IMG/VR virus record: IMGVR_UViG_3300032246_001438
Coordinates: 1 to 64,000 of that record
Strand: one strand, 5' to 3'
DNA from: a virus
DNA: 64,000 nt
Shown here: positions 1 to 7,152 of the stretch, in pieces
Layout of the letters: each line of letters opens with the position of its first letter
Position numbering within the stretch: position 1 is the stretch's first letter
Program-made: the position numbers and the translations under genes
The notes under the pieces: model-generated
What the model was told of the DNA's origin: nothing
Databases searched by the model: none
The model's input: the letters and a program-made list of their open reading frames with translations, nothing else

Positions 1-100
1 CGAAACGGTTTCGCATGCGCTCATCTAATCATAGTCAAATATAGAATGCAATCTCTTTGCCTTACGTGTCGCAAGCACCCCGAACACCCGTTCGAAAATA

Positions 101-177
101 GTTTGTGTTGGCTTATATGGCTAGGGGTAGCTGCGAAGCGACGCTACCCCTGCCCAGCCATATAAGCCAACACAAAC
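101..177. repeat. Long perfect inverted repeat (hairpin cassette copy 1)
   Basis: GTTTGTGTTGGCTTATATGGCT (101-122) pairs perfectly with 156-177; inner stem AGGGGTAGC/GCTACCCCT. Confidence 0.95.
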
Positions 178-179
178 AA

Positions 180-211
180 GCTAGCCCCCTGCTTTTCAGC
201 AAGGGGCTAGC
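180..211 (-). terminator. GC-rich hairpin downstream of minus-strand early gene, probable terminator
   Basis: GCTAGCCCC...GGGGCTAGC stem 20 nt after the stop at 231. Confidence 0.65.
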
Positions 212-230
212 CGCGTGTGTAATCGGGGGA

Positions 231-794
231 TTACAATTTATTAAGTTCCGATATCTGTCCCTGATAATCGTCAATAAATCCTTGCAGGAACTTAATTCGT
301 GCGTCTTTTAATTGCACCCTTGCGCTTAATAGAAAGTCAGACAATTCGGCTACTTCCTCAATTCCGATAGATGTCCAACGCCCACCCAATTTGATACTAA
401 CGCGGTCGCCACTTCCGCTAATTTCATATTCTGTTGCCATATTGGTTTCCCCTTCATAGTTGTGTTTTTTCATTAGGTTTCTAACTAGCATAATACGACG
501 AGTAACGACTACGCCTTCCTCGTTTGTTCCATAAGCCCAATAGGTAGATGGGTTGCCCGACCAAGTTGAGCCTACTAGCGTTCTACTTTCTAATAAGGCG
601 TCGTATCTATAGTCAGCCTTATTCCATCTAATTGCTACTACTTCCCACTCCCATTGTTTAGAGCGTGTTCCATAGACAATGTCTCCTACCTGTATCTTAT
701 GAGATGAATACGGGTAATCAACACCTTCAACTTCTCTAGCGATACTATCGTCTAGAAAGTCTTCAATGGTTAATCTATTAGGTAGATGAGTCAT
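231..794 (-). CDS. Hypothetical early protein (start revised to ATG 794)
   Basis: AAAGGGGGAG RBS before ATG 794, directly downstream of the promoter at 815-843; second in-frame RBS+ATG at 440. Confidence 0.7.
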   Translation of the reverse strand: MTHLPNRLTIEDFLDDSIAREVEGVDYPYSSHKIQVGDIVYGTRSKQWEWEVVAIRWNKADYRYDALLESRTLVGSTWSGNPSTYWAYGTNEEGVVVTRRIMLVRNLMKKHNYEGETNMATEYEISGSGDRVSIKLGGRWTSIGIEEVAELSDFLLSARVQLKDARIKFLQGFIDDYQGQISELNKL

Positions 795-814
795 ATCTCC
801 CCCTTTCAATGCCG

Positions 815-854
815 ATAATAGCGACATCTCATTAGATATGCAACGACACGCCGA
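815..854 (-). promoter_or_regulatory. SigA-type early promoter with upstream GACAC box
   Basis: Minus strand TCGGCGTGTCG-TTGCAT-N17-TATTAT. Confidence 0.8.
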
Positions 855-856
855 TA

Positions 857-925
857 GTTTGTGTTGGGGCTATGGGCTATGGGCGTTCAGTTCCTTCAGC
901 CATAGCCCATAGCCCCAACACAAAC
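857..925. repeat. Long perfect inverted repeat (hairpin cassette copy 2)
   Basis: 26-bp perfect stem 857-882/900-925, same outer GTTTGTGTTGG...CCAACACAAAC. Confidence 0.95.
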
Positions 926-939
926 TCTTAGCTGCAAAG

Positions 940-973
940 CAAAAGCCCCACAGTGACGGCTGCGGGGCTTTTG
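940..973. terminator. Intrinsic terminator, likely bidirectional
   Basis: CAAAAGCCCC...GGGGCTTTTG stem with A/T tracts at both ends. Confidence 0.8.
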
Positions 974-985
974 TTTCTTAGGGGT

Positions 986-1210
986 TTAAGAAAGAACAAG
1001 CGGAGTAAATCCGCAAGCACTCATAAACTTAACATAGTCAAACTGCGGGTTATCCTTTTCATACATACGACCAAGATAACTAGCCAACTGCTTTAGAGTG
1101 TAGGTGTCAAAGATTTGAGCGTCTATCATTTCCTTGATAATTGCGCTATGCGCGTTGTAGTCCCTGCGGTGCCACTTTATCGTTGTGGTTGTTGTAGTCA
1201 TAGTAATCAC
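986..1210 (-). CDS. Hypothetical early protein
   Basis: 74-aa ORF overlapping the upstream stop; C-terminal DNPQFDYVKFMSACG resembles small phage early proteins. Confidence 0.75.
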   Translation of the reverse strand: MITMTTTTTTIKWHRRDYNAHSAIIKEMIDAQIFDTYTLKQLASYLGRMYEKDNPQFDYVKFMSACGFTPLVLS

Positions 1211-1491
1211 ATATTATCTAACTGGTCAGCAAGTTTTTTTAATTCTTGGACATCGCGGTCTATTTCATTAAGTGCGTCGCGTTGTTCGCGGTAGGTTTCC
1301 CACATATAGTCAGAGAGTTCCTCAGCGTTTTGGTTTTGATAGGTTTCCGTATCCGAACACCCTGCGCCGTATCCATCTAGCCACGCTCTGCCCCTAGTCC
1401 AACGATACACAGAAAGTCCGACAACTCCTGCGATAATCAAGTCAATGAATAGGTTAAAGCCGTTATAGAACATAATCTCATTACCTAACAT
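1207..1491 (-). CDS. Single-TM membrane protein with C-terminal coiled coil (start revised to ATG 1491)
   Basis: AAGGAAAGGA RBS before ATG 1491; hydrophobic LFIDLIIAGVVGLSVY. Confidence 0.75.
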   Translation of the reverse strand: MLGNEIMFYNGFNLFIDLIIAGVVGLSVYRWTRGRAWLDGYGAGCSDTETYQNQNAEELSDYMWETYREQRDALNEIDRDVQELKKLADQLDNM

Positions 1492-1537
1492 AATCTTATT
1501 CCTTTCCTTGTGAGCCCCTTGCTCATCAAGTGCCCTC

Positions 1538-1578
1538 AATTTATACGATATCGTATAGCAATACAAGCGACGCGCCGA
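1538..1578 (-). promoter_or_regulatory. SigA-type early promoter with variant GACAC box
   Basis: Minus strand TCGGCGCGTCG-C-TTGTAT-N17-TAAATT. Confidence 0.75.
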
Positions 1579-1582
1579 GAGT

Positions 1583-1654
1583 GTTTGTGTTGGTGGCTAT
1601 GTGGCTGAGCGGCTTCGGTATCCCTCAGCCAGCCACATAGCCACCAACACAAAC
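1583..1654. repeat. Long perfect inverted repeat (hairpin cassette copy 3)
   Basis: 25-bp perfect stem 1583-1607/1630-1654, same outer 11 bp. Confidence 0.95.
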
Positions 1655-1675
1655 TCTTCAGCTAAATGCAGAAAG

Positions 1676-1711
1676 CACAAAGGGCAAGCGGGGAAGCGCC
1701 TGCCCTTTGTG
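1676..1711 (-). terminator. GC-rich hairpin, probable terminator
   Basis: CACAAAGGGCA...TGCCCTTTGTG stem, followed by CTTTC on the minus strand. Confidence 0.65.
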
Positions 1712-1814
1712 GATAGTATTGTTAATCGGAAACTTCATTCCTTTGCCCGTCGCCTTCGTCTAGCGGGCTCACTAGTGGTTTATTTATTGAGAGCGCTCCC
1801 ACCTGCGCTCAGTT

Positions 1815-2063
1815 CTATTCATACTTAGGCTCTATGTATTCCTCCGCTATCTTGTATAGTTCCTCGTCAATGCGCTGTTGTTCCTCAGCGCGGGCGTAGT
1901 ATTCCTTCGCTACTTTATGGTAAGCGTCTTTTAATAGTCCTAGTTCATACTTACTAGGTTTGAACCTTCTAACTTTGGGGAGATAACCAATGGTAACCCG
2001 CATTAGCGCATATAACTCATCATCATTTAATGCAACGGGCTCAGGTTTTCTAAGTCTAGGCAT
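1815..2063 (-). CDS. Hypothetical early protein
   Basis: 82-aa ORF with GGAGAAGG RBS. Confidence 0.75.
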   Translation of the reverse strand: MPRLRKPEPVALNDDELYALMRVTIGYLPKVRRFKPSKYELGLLKDAYHKVAKEYYARAEEQQRIDEELYKIAEEYIEPKYE

Positions 2064-2196
2064 TTACCTTCTCCCTTTCCTCGTTAGCGCATGGATAGCA
2101 GATTTTTTCTATCCTATCCATGCAACCTAACATGAACGCATCCACGCCACTAAACACGATTCCTTCTTTTGTTCCACATATTGAACATGTGTTCAT
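2056..2196 (-). CDS. Small CxxC...CxxC zinc-binding protein (46 aa, not in ORF track)
   Basis: MNTCSICG...KICYPCANEEREKVNA; TAATG coupling to the upstream gene. Confidence 0.75.
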   Translation of the reverse strand: MNTCSICGTKEGIVFSGVDAFMLGCMDRIEKICYPCANEEREKVNA

Positions 2197-2474
2197 TATT
2201 CCCCCTCCATTCCTCGGATAAGTTCTAGATTTTCTAGAGCCTCCTCGGGGTCGCTCGTTACTCGTTCTACATATTCACAATTTACGTGAGAACCATTGCA
2301 TCGGGAACAATCTGAGCCCCTGACTATGTATCGCCCCTGTTGAACCACTATTTCGTGGCTGAACCCTTCAAGCGTGCCATCGTCGGTTAGCGTGTATTCG
2401 TTCGCCTGCTCGCTATTAAATGCCTCGTTAATTAGGGCGATAAGTTCGGGGGTCAATAATAATTCCTTAGACAT
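2196..2474 (-). CDS. Hypothetical early protein
   Basis: 92-aa ORF, TAATG coupled, CxxC-H-C motif. Confidence 0.75.
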   Translation of the reverse strand: MSKELLLTPELIALINEAFNSEQANEYTLTDDGTLEGFSHEIVVQQGRYIVRGSDCSRCNGSHVNCEYVERVTSDPEEALENLELIRGMEGE

Positions 2475-2722
2475 TATTCGTCCTCCCCCTCAGTAGATGG
2501 GGCATTGTCTATCTGAACATAGAGAGTGCTCCAGTAACTGTCCATTGGATTATCATCAACCCGAAACTCGATAGCATAGGCAATAAGCCCGTCGCGGTCG
2601 TGTGATGGTTTGCGGTCTGCCTGCTTGATAATACCGCGCAGAGGTTGTCCGTCGCGGGTGCGTGTGCCTGATATATGTAGCGTGCCTATTAGGGCGGTTG
2701 AGATATTCATAACTTGTGCCAT
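2474..2722 (-). CDS. Hypothetical early protein
   Basis: 82-aa ORF with GGAAAGGA RBS, first gene after the promoter at 2766-2794. Confidence 0.75.
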   Translation of the reverse strand: MAQVMNISTALIGTLHISGTRTRDGQPLRGIIKQADRKPSHDRDGLIAYAIEFRVDDNPMDSYWSTLYVQIDNAPSTEGEDE

Positions 2723-2765
2723 TTTCTTATCCTTTCCCGATAAGTGAGCCCCTTGCTCATTTCTA

Positions 2766-2814
2766 AACTTAGACTAAGCGCAAGAGATACGCAATAGATA
2801 GACACGGCGTGTCG
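2766..2814 (-). promoter_or_regulatory. SigA-type early promoter with palindromic GACAC-GGC-GTGTC box
   Basis: TTGCGT-N17-TAAGTT on the minus strand; GACAC palindrome at 2801-2813. Confidence 0.75.
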
Positions 2815-2888
2815 CTCATTGTTATCTAATCGTTATAAAGACCCCCCCCCCCATTAAGTTACTCGCCAGTAACAAAAGCCACCAGTGT

Positions 2889-3554
2889 TTAGGCGTGAGT
2901 AGTGCTTATATTGCTAGGCAGTAGCCTAACTCCTTTTTCAATATTACATTTTGCATGGGCTAGTTTTACATTTTCTAGCGTGTCATCGCCTCCAAGTACA
3001 AGGGGTATTACATGTTCAATATGTGGATATAGCTCCCATCCAGGCTGTCCTTGGTGGGTTGCTGCGTTAAAGTCAAGAGGGGTATTGCAAAGGTAGCAGT
3101 CAGTACCATCGCGTTTAATAATTTGATTCCGTGTGTAGGCTCTATGTTTGCCTCCTTTAACACGGTGTCGGTTTTTGCTATTGTGCCTTTTGTCGGGGTT
3201 GTTTCTATACCACTCTTTTTCTTTAGCTTTGTACTTAGGGTCTGAATGCCACAGGTCACGTACATATTTTGCTGCAATCTCTTTGCAGGGGGTGCAGGCA
3301 GTTCCATTAACTTTTTTACATCTACCGTAGTCGCCTATTACGACTCCATGCTGGGTACTAAGTTCTTCTCTTTGTTTGGCCTTGGCATATCGTTTTATAG
3401 TTTTATGTAGCCTTTTTATAAGAATAAGGCGTTGGCGTTCTTCTCTGGCTAACTGCTCAGCTGCGCGACGAGGTTCAAGAGCGGCTTTTCTTCGGGCAGT
3501 GGCTTCAGCAAAGTTTCGTTTGCCAGCTTCAATCGATTGCGGGGCTACTTTCAT
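2889..3554 (-). CDS. HNH endonuclease with N-terminal zinc motif
   Basis: RDGTDCYLC...HIEHVIPLVLGGDDTLENVKLAHAKCNIEKG; leaderless (TAGTCT-N6-ATG). Confidence 0.9.
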   Translation of the reverse strand: MKVAPQSIEAGKRNFAEATARRKAALEPRRAAEQLAREERQRLILIKRLHKTIKRYAKAKQREELSTQHGVVIGDYGRCKKVNGTACTPCKEIAAKYVRDLWHSDPKYKAKEKEWYRNNPDKRHNSKNRHRVKGGKHRAYTRNQIIKRDGTDCYLCNTPLDFNAATHQGQPGWELYPHIEHVIPLVLGGDDTLENVKLAHAKCNIEKGVRLLPSNISTTHA

Positions 3555-3608
3555 AAAAAGAGACTACCTTAATAAAATGAAGTTGTGCAACTGCTAGGCA
3601 GTAGCCTA
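2912..3608 (+). repeat. 17-bp direct repeat TGCTAGGCAGTAGCCTA at 2912-2928 and 3592-3608 (partial third copy at 3770-3782)
   Basis: Exact match seen; each copy contains the mini-hairpin TAGGC-AGTA-GCCTA. Confidence 0.85.
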
Positions 3609-3618
3609 GGATGCGGGT

Positions 3619-4074
3619 ATGAGAATCATGTGGGAATTGCGGGGGATGCGATTATTGATGGGTCGAGGAAAGTTTGATGATTACTGTGTCTATGTAGAGC
3701 GGGGGGACGGTTCAAGGTTTGCTCCTACAGATGAGTGGTACTTCGAGAAAATGAGTAAGTGGAAAGACAAGGCAGTAGCCTACGACAAGTTCTGCAGGGT
3801 CTATGAGATGGCTGGGCCTGAGATTGATGATTTAGTCTGGGAGCTGATTGAGGGGATTGCTAACAGTGCCGAGGAGGCTTTAATACTAGGAATTCTCTAT
3901 CTTGGAATGTATGCAGAGGAGAGGAAAGAAGGAGCTGTCTTGAAGAAGAGAATAAAGCGATTAGGCGTACACCAAGTCCTTCTGGACGGCTACCCCGCGA
4001 AAACCGCCGCCAATTTTTCCAGAGGACAAAAAGTAGAGTATCTTACCCTTCAATGCCACCAGAGAGGATTTTAA
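3619..4074 (+). CDS. Hypothetical protein
   Basis: 151-aa ORF, leaderless TAGGAT-N6-ATG; globular-looking motifs GKFDDYCVY and KRIKRLGVHQVL. Confidence 0.75.
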   Translation: MRIMWELRGMRLLMGRGKFDDYCVYVERGDGSRFAPTDEWYFEKMSKWKDKAVAYDKFCRVYEMAGPEIDDLVWELIEGIANSAEEALILGILYLGMYAEERKEGAVLKKRIKRLGVHQVLLDGYPAKTAANFSRGQKVEYLTLQCHQRGF

Positions 4075-4075
4075 T

Positions 4076-4642
4076 ATGTGGAACTACTCCCTTACCGTAG
4101 AAGAGGTAGCCCTTGTATGCCAAGTTGGCTACGAGCGTCAAGCAGAGATGTTTGGGCAACCCGAGCGTAACGTCAACTACTATGAAGGCGACCACTGGGA
4201 AATGCTGCAACATACCATCTGTGCAGGTAGTGAGCTAGCCTTTGCCCGAATGATTGGTATTAAAGAGTTCACCCCGCATGTTAATAAATTTAAGACAGAG
4301 CTAGATGTTGATGGCTTTGAGGTCCGCTACACCTTTCCACAGGGGTGTAACGCACCATGTTGCGCCTCGGAAAGTAGCAGAGGTCGCTTACGTATGACAC
4401 GTAGAGATGATGATGACCAGATTTACGTACTTCTTGGTGGAGGACTTGCAATTCGAACCAAAATGGAAACCCCGCCATACACAATGCCACCATATGTCGC
4501 CCTTGGTTGGGCTTATGGGCATGAGTGCAAAAAACCAGAGTTCATCTATAACGCAACCACATGGTACGTGCCTCGCGCAGATTTACATCCCATGGATACG
4601 TTAGACTTGTCCAATGTGCAAGGAATGCGGCAACTGCTCTAA
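4076..4642 (+). CDS. Hypothetical protein, possible PD-(D/E)xK-like fold
   Basis: ELAFA...DVDGFEVR pattern; fold call is weak. Confidence 0.6.
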   Translation: MWNYSLTVEEVALVCQVGYERQAEMFGQPERNVNYYEGDHWEMLQHTICAGSELAFARMIGIKEFTPHVNKFKTELDVDGFEVRYTFPQGCNAPCCASESSRGRLRMTRRDDDDQIYVLLGGGLAIRTKMETPPYTMPPYVALGWAYGHECKKPEFIYNATTWYVPRADLHPMDTLDLSNVQGMRQLL

Positions 4643-4712
4643 GGAACACAGCAGAACAATTGATGATTCGGTTGATGAGGTTTTAGACTCTCCTATTTAG
4701 TACTCTTCACCC

Positions 4713-4940
4713 ATGAACTTCATGGATTGGCTTGCAGATAATATGGATGTACCTAGCCGAGTACAACGCTGCGCCAAAATGCTTATAGCAGATGTAAATA
4801 ATGGCTGTGGTTCACTCAGATATGACGCTATATCATGGAAAGAGCATTTTAAAGAAAAACACCCCGATAACGCTAATCAACTAATTGACATGCTTTTAAT
4901 TGCTTATTCGGAGTATATCCTTACTATAAAAGCCAAATAA
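4713..4940 (+). CDS. Small helical protein, possibly YozE/SAM-like
   Basis: MNFMDWL...AYSEY; leaderless TACTCT-N6-ATG. Confidence 0.6.
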   Translation: MNFMDWLADNMDVPSRVQRCAKMLIADVNNGCGSLRYDAISWKEHFKEKHPDNANQLIDMLLIAYSEYILTIKAK

Positions 4941-4955
4941 GGGATACTTTTAGGT

Positions 4956-5192
4956 ATGAGTAAAGATAGAGCCCGCGACCCAAAAAGAGTCATCAATCTA
5001 GATGTATTTCGTACAACTAAAGATGTTCTTGGTAAAGGTTTACGTGTAGAAGCAAAACCCGACTCCCCCGAGCTTACAAAGCATGAAGATGAAGCAATAG
5101 CTCTTGGAAACTCTGGAACAGAACGTAAGGGACCTAAGCTAATTGCAGGCCCTGGTTGGATGGGAGAAAATAAAAAGAATGACAATAACTAG
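4956..5192 (+). CDS. Small protein with N-terminal DRARDPKR motif
   Basis: 78-aa ORF; motif shared with 7892..8050. Confidence 0.75.
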   Translation: MSKDRARDPKRVINLDVFRTTKDVLGKGLRVEAKPDSPELTKHEDEAIALGNSGTERKGPKLIAGPGWMGENKKNDNN

Positions 5193-5282
5193 ATTTTGCA
5201 CAAAATGTGAGCATGAAGTTAAGCATGGTCTTTGCATCGTTGACGAATGCAATTGCTTATGCAGAGACCAGATTGTAGACTA

Positions 5283-5504
5283 ATGGAAGACGCAGCCCTT
5301 GGTAAGTCCCGTGCAGAACGTGCGGGATTTAAGAAGGGTGTAACCACCAAAAAAACCCCTTCGTCGAAGCGAAGTCGCGTAAATGAATTTAGAAATACCA
5401 ATGTTGGTATGTTTGCGGGTCCCCGTCCAACATACGGAAGATACAATGTATCTGAACAAGCGTCCGATGTTTTAAACAAATCACTCAATAAGAAGACGAG
5501 GTAA
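5283..5504 (+). CDS. Small basic protein
   Basis: K/R-rich ORF; ATG 5283 preferred. Confidence 0.65.
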   Translation: MEDAALGKSRAERAGFKKGVTTKKTPSSKRSRVNEFRNTNVGMFAGPRPTYGRYNVSEQASDVLNKSLNKKTR

Positions 5505-5508
5505 AAAA

Positions 5509-5706
5509 ATGGCAGCAGCAGGCGGAATACTTGCACGTTTGGCACCAATGATTTTACGAGTTGGCGGCTCTGCAGCAGGTCAAGCAGCAAAGCGTGGAGC
5601 AATTGCAGGCGTTGAAGGCCGTGTACAAAACATGGTTCAAGGTCGCAAAGATGGTAGTGGCGAAGGAAACTCCCTCGATAACTGGACTTCTTCTTACAAG
5701 GGTTAA
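5509..5706 (+). CDS. Small Gly/Ala-rich protein
   Basis: GAGGT RBS, 65 aa. Confidence 0.7.
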   Translation: MAAAGGILARLAPMILRVGGSAAGQAAKRGAIAGVEGRVQNMVQGRKDGSGEGNSLDNWTSSYKG

Positions 5707-5708
5707 TA

Positions 5709-5897
5709 ATGGCTAAGACAATAAAAGCTGCTGGAGAAAAGCACACCATTAAGAAAAATAAAAAGGGTGAAGTTATTGTCGACCATGCTGGTAATAAGGG
5801 GAAGTACGATAAGATTAACTTGACTAAGAAAGCTGGCGCTAAGACTATTAAGCAAGGCGTCAAAGCTACTAAGGATTGGCACAAGAAGAATGGCTAA
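5709..5897 (+). CDS. Small Lys-rich protein
   Basis: 62 aa, very basic. Confidence 0.75.
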   Translation: MAKTIKAAGEKHTIKKNKKGEVIVDHAGNKGKYDKINLTKKAGAKTIKQGVKATKDWHKKNG

Positions 5898-6153
5898 ATC
5901 ACCAGCGTGGACACGCAAAGAAGGACAGAACAAAGAAGGCGGACTAAATGCAAAGGGTCGTGCTTCCGCTAAAAAAGAAGGCCATAATCTTAAGCCGCCT
6001 GTATCAAAAGAACAGGCAAAGAAGTCCCCTAAGTCTGCAGCACGACGTAAGTCATACTGTGCACGTTCAGCTGGACAAGCAAAAGATTTTCCTAAAGCAG
6101 CTAAAGACCCAAATAGTCGTTTGAATAAGGCACGTAGAAAGTGGGATTGTTAA
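5890..6153 (+). CDS. Small basic phage protein (KEG...GGLNAKGRAS...RRKSYCAR...RKWDC family)
   Basis: Recognisable widespread phage family motif; function unknown. Confidence 0.85.
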   Translation: MAKSPAWTRKEGQNKEGGLNAKGRASAKKEGHNLKPPVSKEQAKKSPKSAARRKSYCARSAGQAKDFPKAAKDPNSRLNKARRKWDC

Positions 6154-6320
6154 TGGCAATGGAACCAATTATTGGACCTAAGATTGAACGCAAGAGTGGA
6201 ACAGGCGCTCCAGTTGAAAAGGGTTCTTACGTAACTCTAGCAGGCGCAAGAAAAACAGGTAATGGTGCACCAACTCCAGTTGTCCCTCCTCAATTTAGAA
6301 AGTTTGGACCTCCTAAATAA
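6153..6320 (+). CDS. Small basic protein (55 aa, not in ORF track)
   Basis: MAMEPIIGPK...PPQFRKFGPPK; TAATG coupled at both ends. Confidence 0.7.
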   Translation: MAMEPIIGPKIERKSGTGAPVEKGSYVTLAGARKTGNGAPTPVVPPQFRKFGPPK

Positions 6321-6352
6321 TGGCTGAAGCAAGAAGGGCATGGGACTGCTAA
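6320..6352 (+). CDS. 10-codon mini-ORF MAEARRAWDC
   Basis: TAATG coupled at both ends; copies the C-terminus of 5890..6153. Confidence 0.5.
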   Translation: MAEARRAWDC

Positions 6353-6600
6353 TGTTTCCAAATGCAAATCAATTTCCTGGCGGTGGTGTAGGCCTTAACC
6401 GTATTATGGGAACATCGGGTTCAGAGGCAACTCCAATAAATAATATTATTGAAAAATCTGGTAGTAGTGGCGGTTCTTTCTCCGCTCCAGCTCCTGTTAC
6501 TCGTACCCCAATGCAACCAGCAAAACCTACTTTTCCTAGTATGAGTACTGGAAGTAGAATGGGAAGAGGAATGATGCCTTCTTCGGATGTGAGACCGTAA
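6352..6600 (+). CDS. Small low-complexity Gly/Ser/Pro/Met protein
   Basis: Start revised to coupled ATG 6352 (MFPNANQF). Confidence 0.65.
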   Translation: MFPNANQFPGGGVGLNRIMGTSGSEATPINNIIEKSGSSGGSFSAPAPVTRTPMQPAKPTFPSMSTGSRMGRGMMPSSDVRP

Positions 6601-6601
6601 T

Positions 6602-6895
6602 ATGGCAGAGACAAAGAAGTTTGGTCCTTATAAGGGTTCTGACGCCAATGGCGGACGCCCTATCTACGTTTACAAGAAGAAGGTAGGCGGTAAGTGGGTT
6701 ACTACCTCTAAGAATAAAGCTCGCGCTGATTATGAGTCTAAAAACGGTAAAATTAAGTCTAAGGACACAACTGTTGACCATAAGGACAATAACCACAATA
6801 ATGACTCGAAGGGCAACCTAAGAGCTATCTCTCGTAGTAAAAATACTGCTAAAGAGAATAAACGTCGTGCGGGCAAGAAAGAAAATGAAAAGTAA
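6602..6895 (+). CDS. Small basic HNH-motif protein
   Basis: TVDHKDNNHNNDSKGNLRAISRSKN. Confidence 0.8.
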   Translation: MAETKKFGPYKGSDANGGRPIYVYKKKVGGKWVTTSKNKARADYESKNGKIKSKDTTVDHKDNNHNNDSKGNLRAISRSKNTAKENKRRAGKKENEK

Positions 6896-7152
6896 TGGCT
6901 ATTTATAGAAAAGGGGAAGACCAATTTCCATTGGCTATGAAAGCCTTCACTCAATCTTTAGATTACGAACCTGGAAAGCTAGAATCCTCATTGCGTAAAC
7001 TAAAAAGCCCAGTTTCAAGTTTAAGCAATTTTGAAGCAGATGGTGGTGAGATTGCTACATTAAAGAGTTTAGGTAAGCTTCCACAAGATAGAGCTTTACC
7101 TAAAAATGTAACTAATTTAAACGATTATAAATTAAAAAAGGGAAAACAATGA
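6895..7152 (+). CDS. Hypothetical protein
   Basis: 85 aa, TAATG coupled. Confidence 0.7.
   Translation: MAIYRKGEDQFPLAMKAFTQSLDYEPGKLESSLRKLKSPVSSLSNFEADGGEIATLKSLGKLPQDRALPKNVTNLNDYKLKKGKQ

Noticed and set aside
20-55. Fourth early promoter at the left edge
   Set aside because: TTGCAT -35 and a nearby GACAC box are present, but the -10 at N17 (TTAGAT) is poor and the downstream gene is outside the window, so it was not listed as a feature.
101-1654. CRISPR array interpretation of the repeated GTTTGTGTTGG elements
   Set aside because: Units are 650-700 bp apart and separated by genes, the repeats are inverted with variable interiors, and no cas genes are present.
101-1654. Canonical integron attC sites
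   Set aside because: The ends are GTT...AAC rather than RYYYAAC...GTTRRRY, the stems lack the typical extrahelical bases, and no tyrosine recombinase is in the window. Kept only as an analogy.
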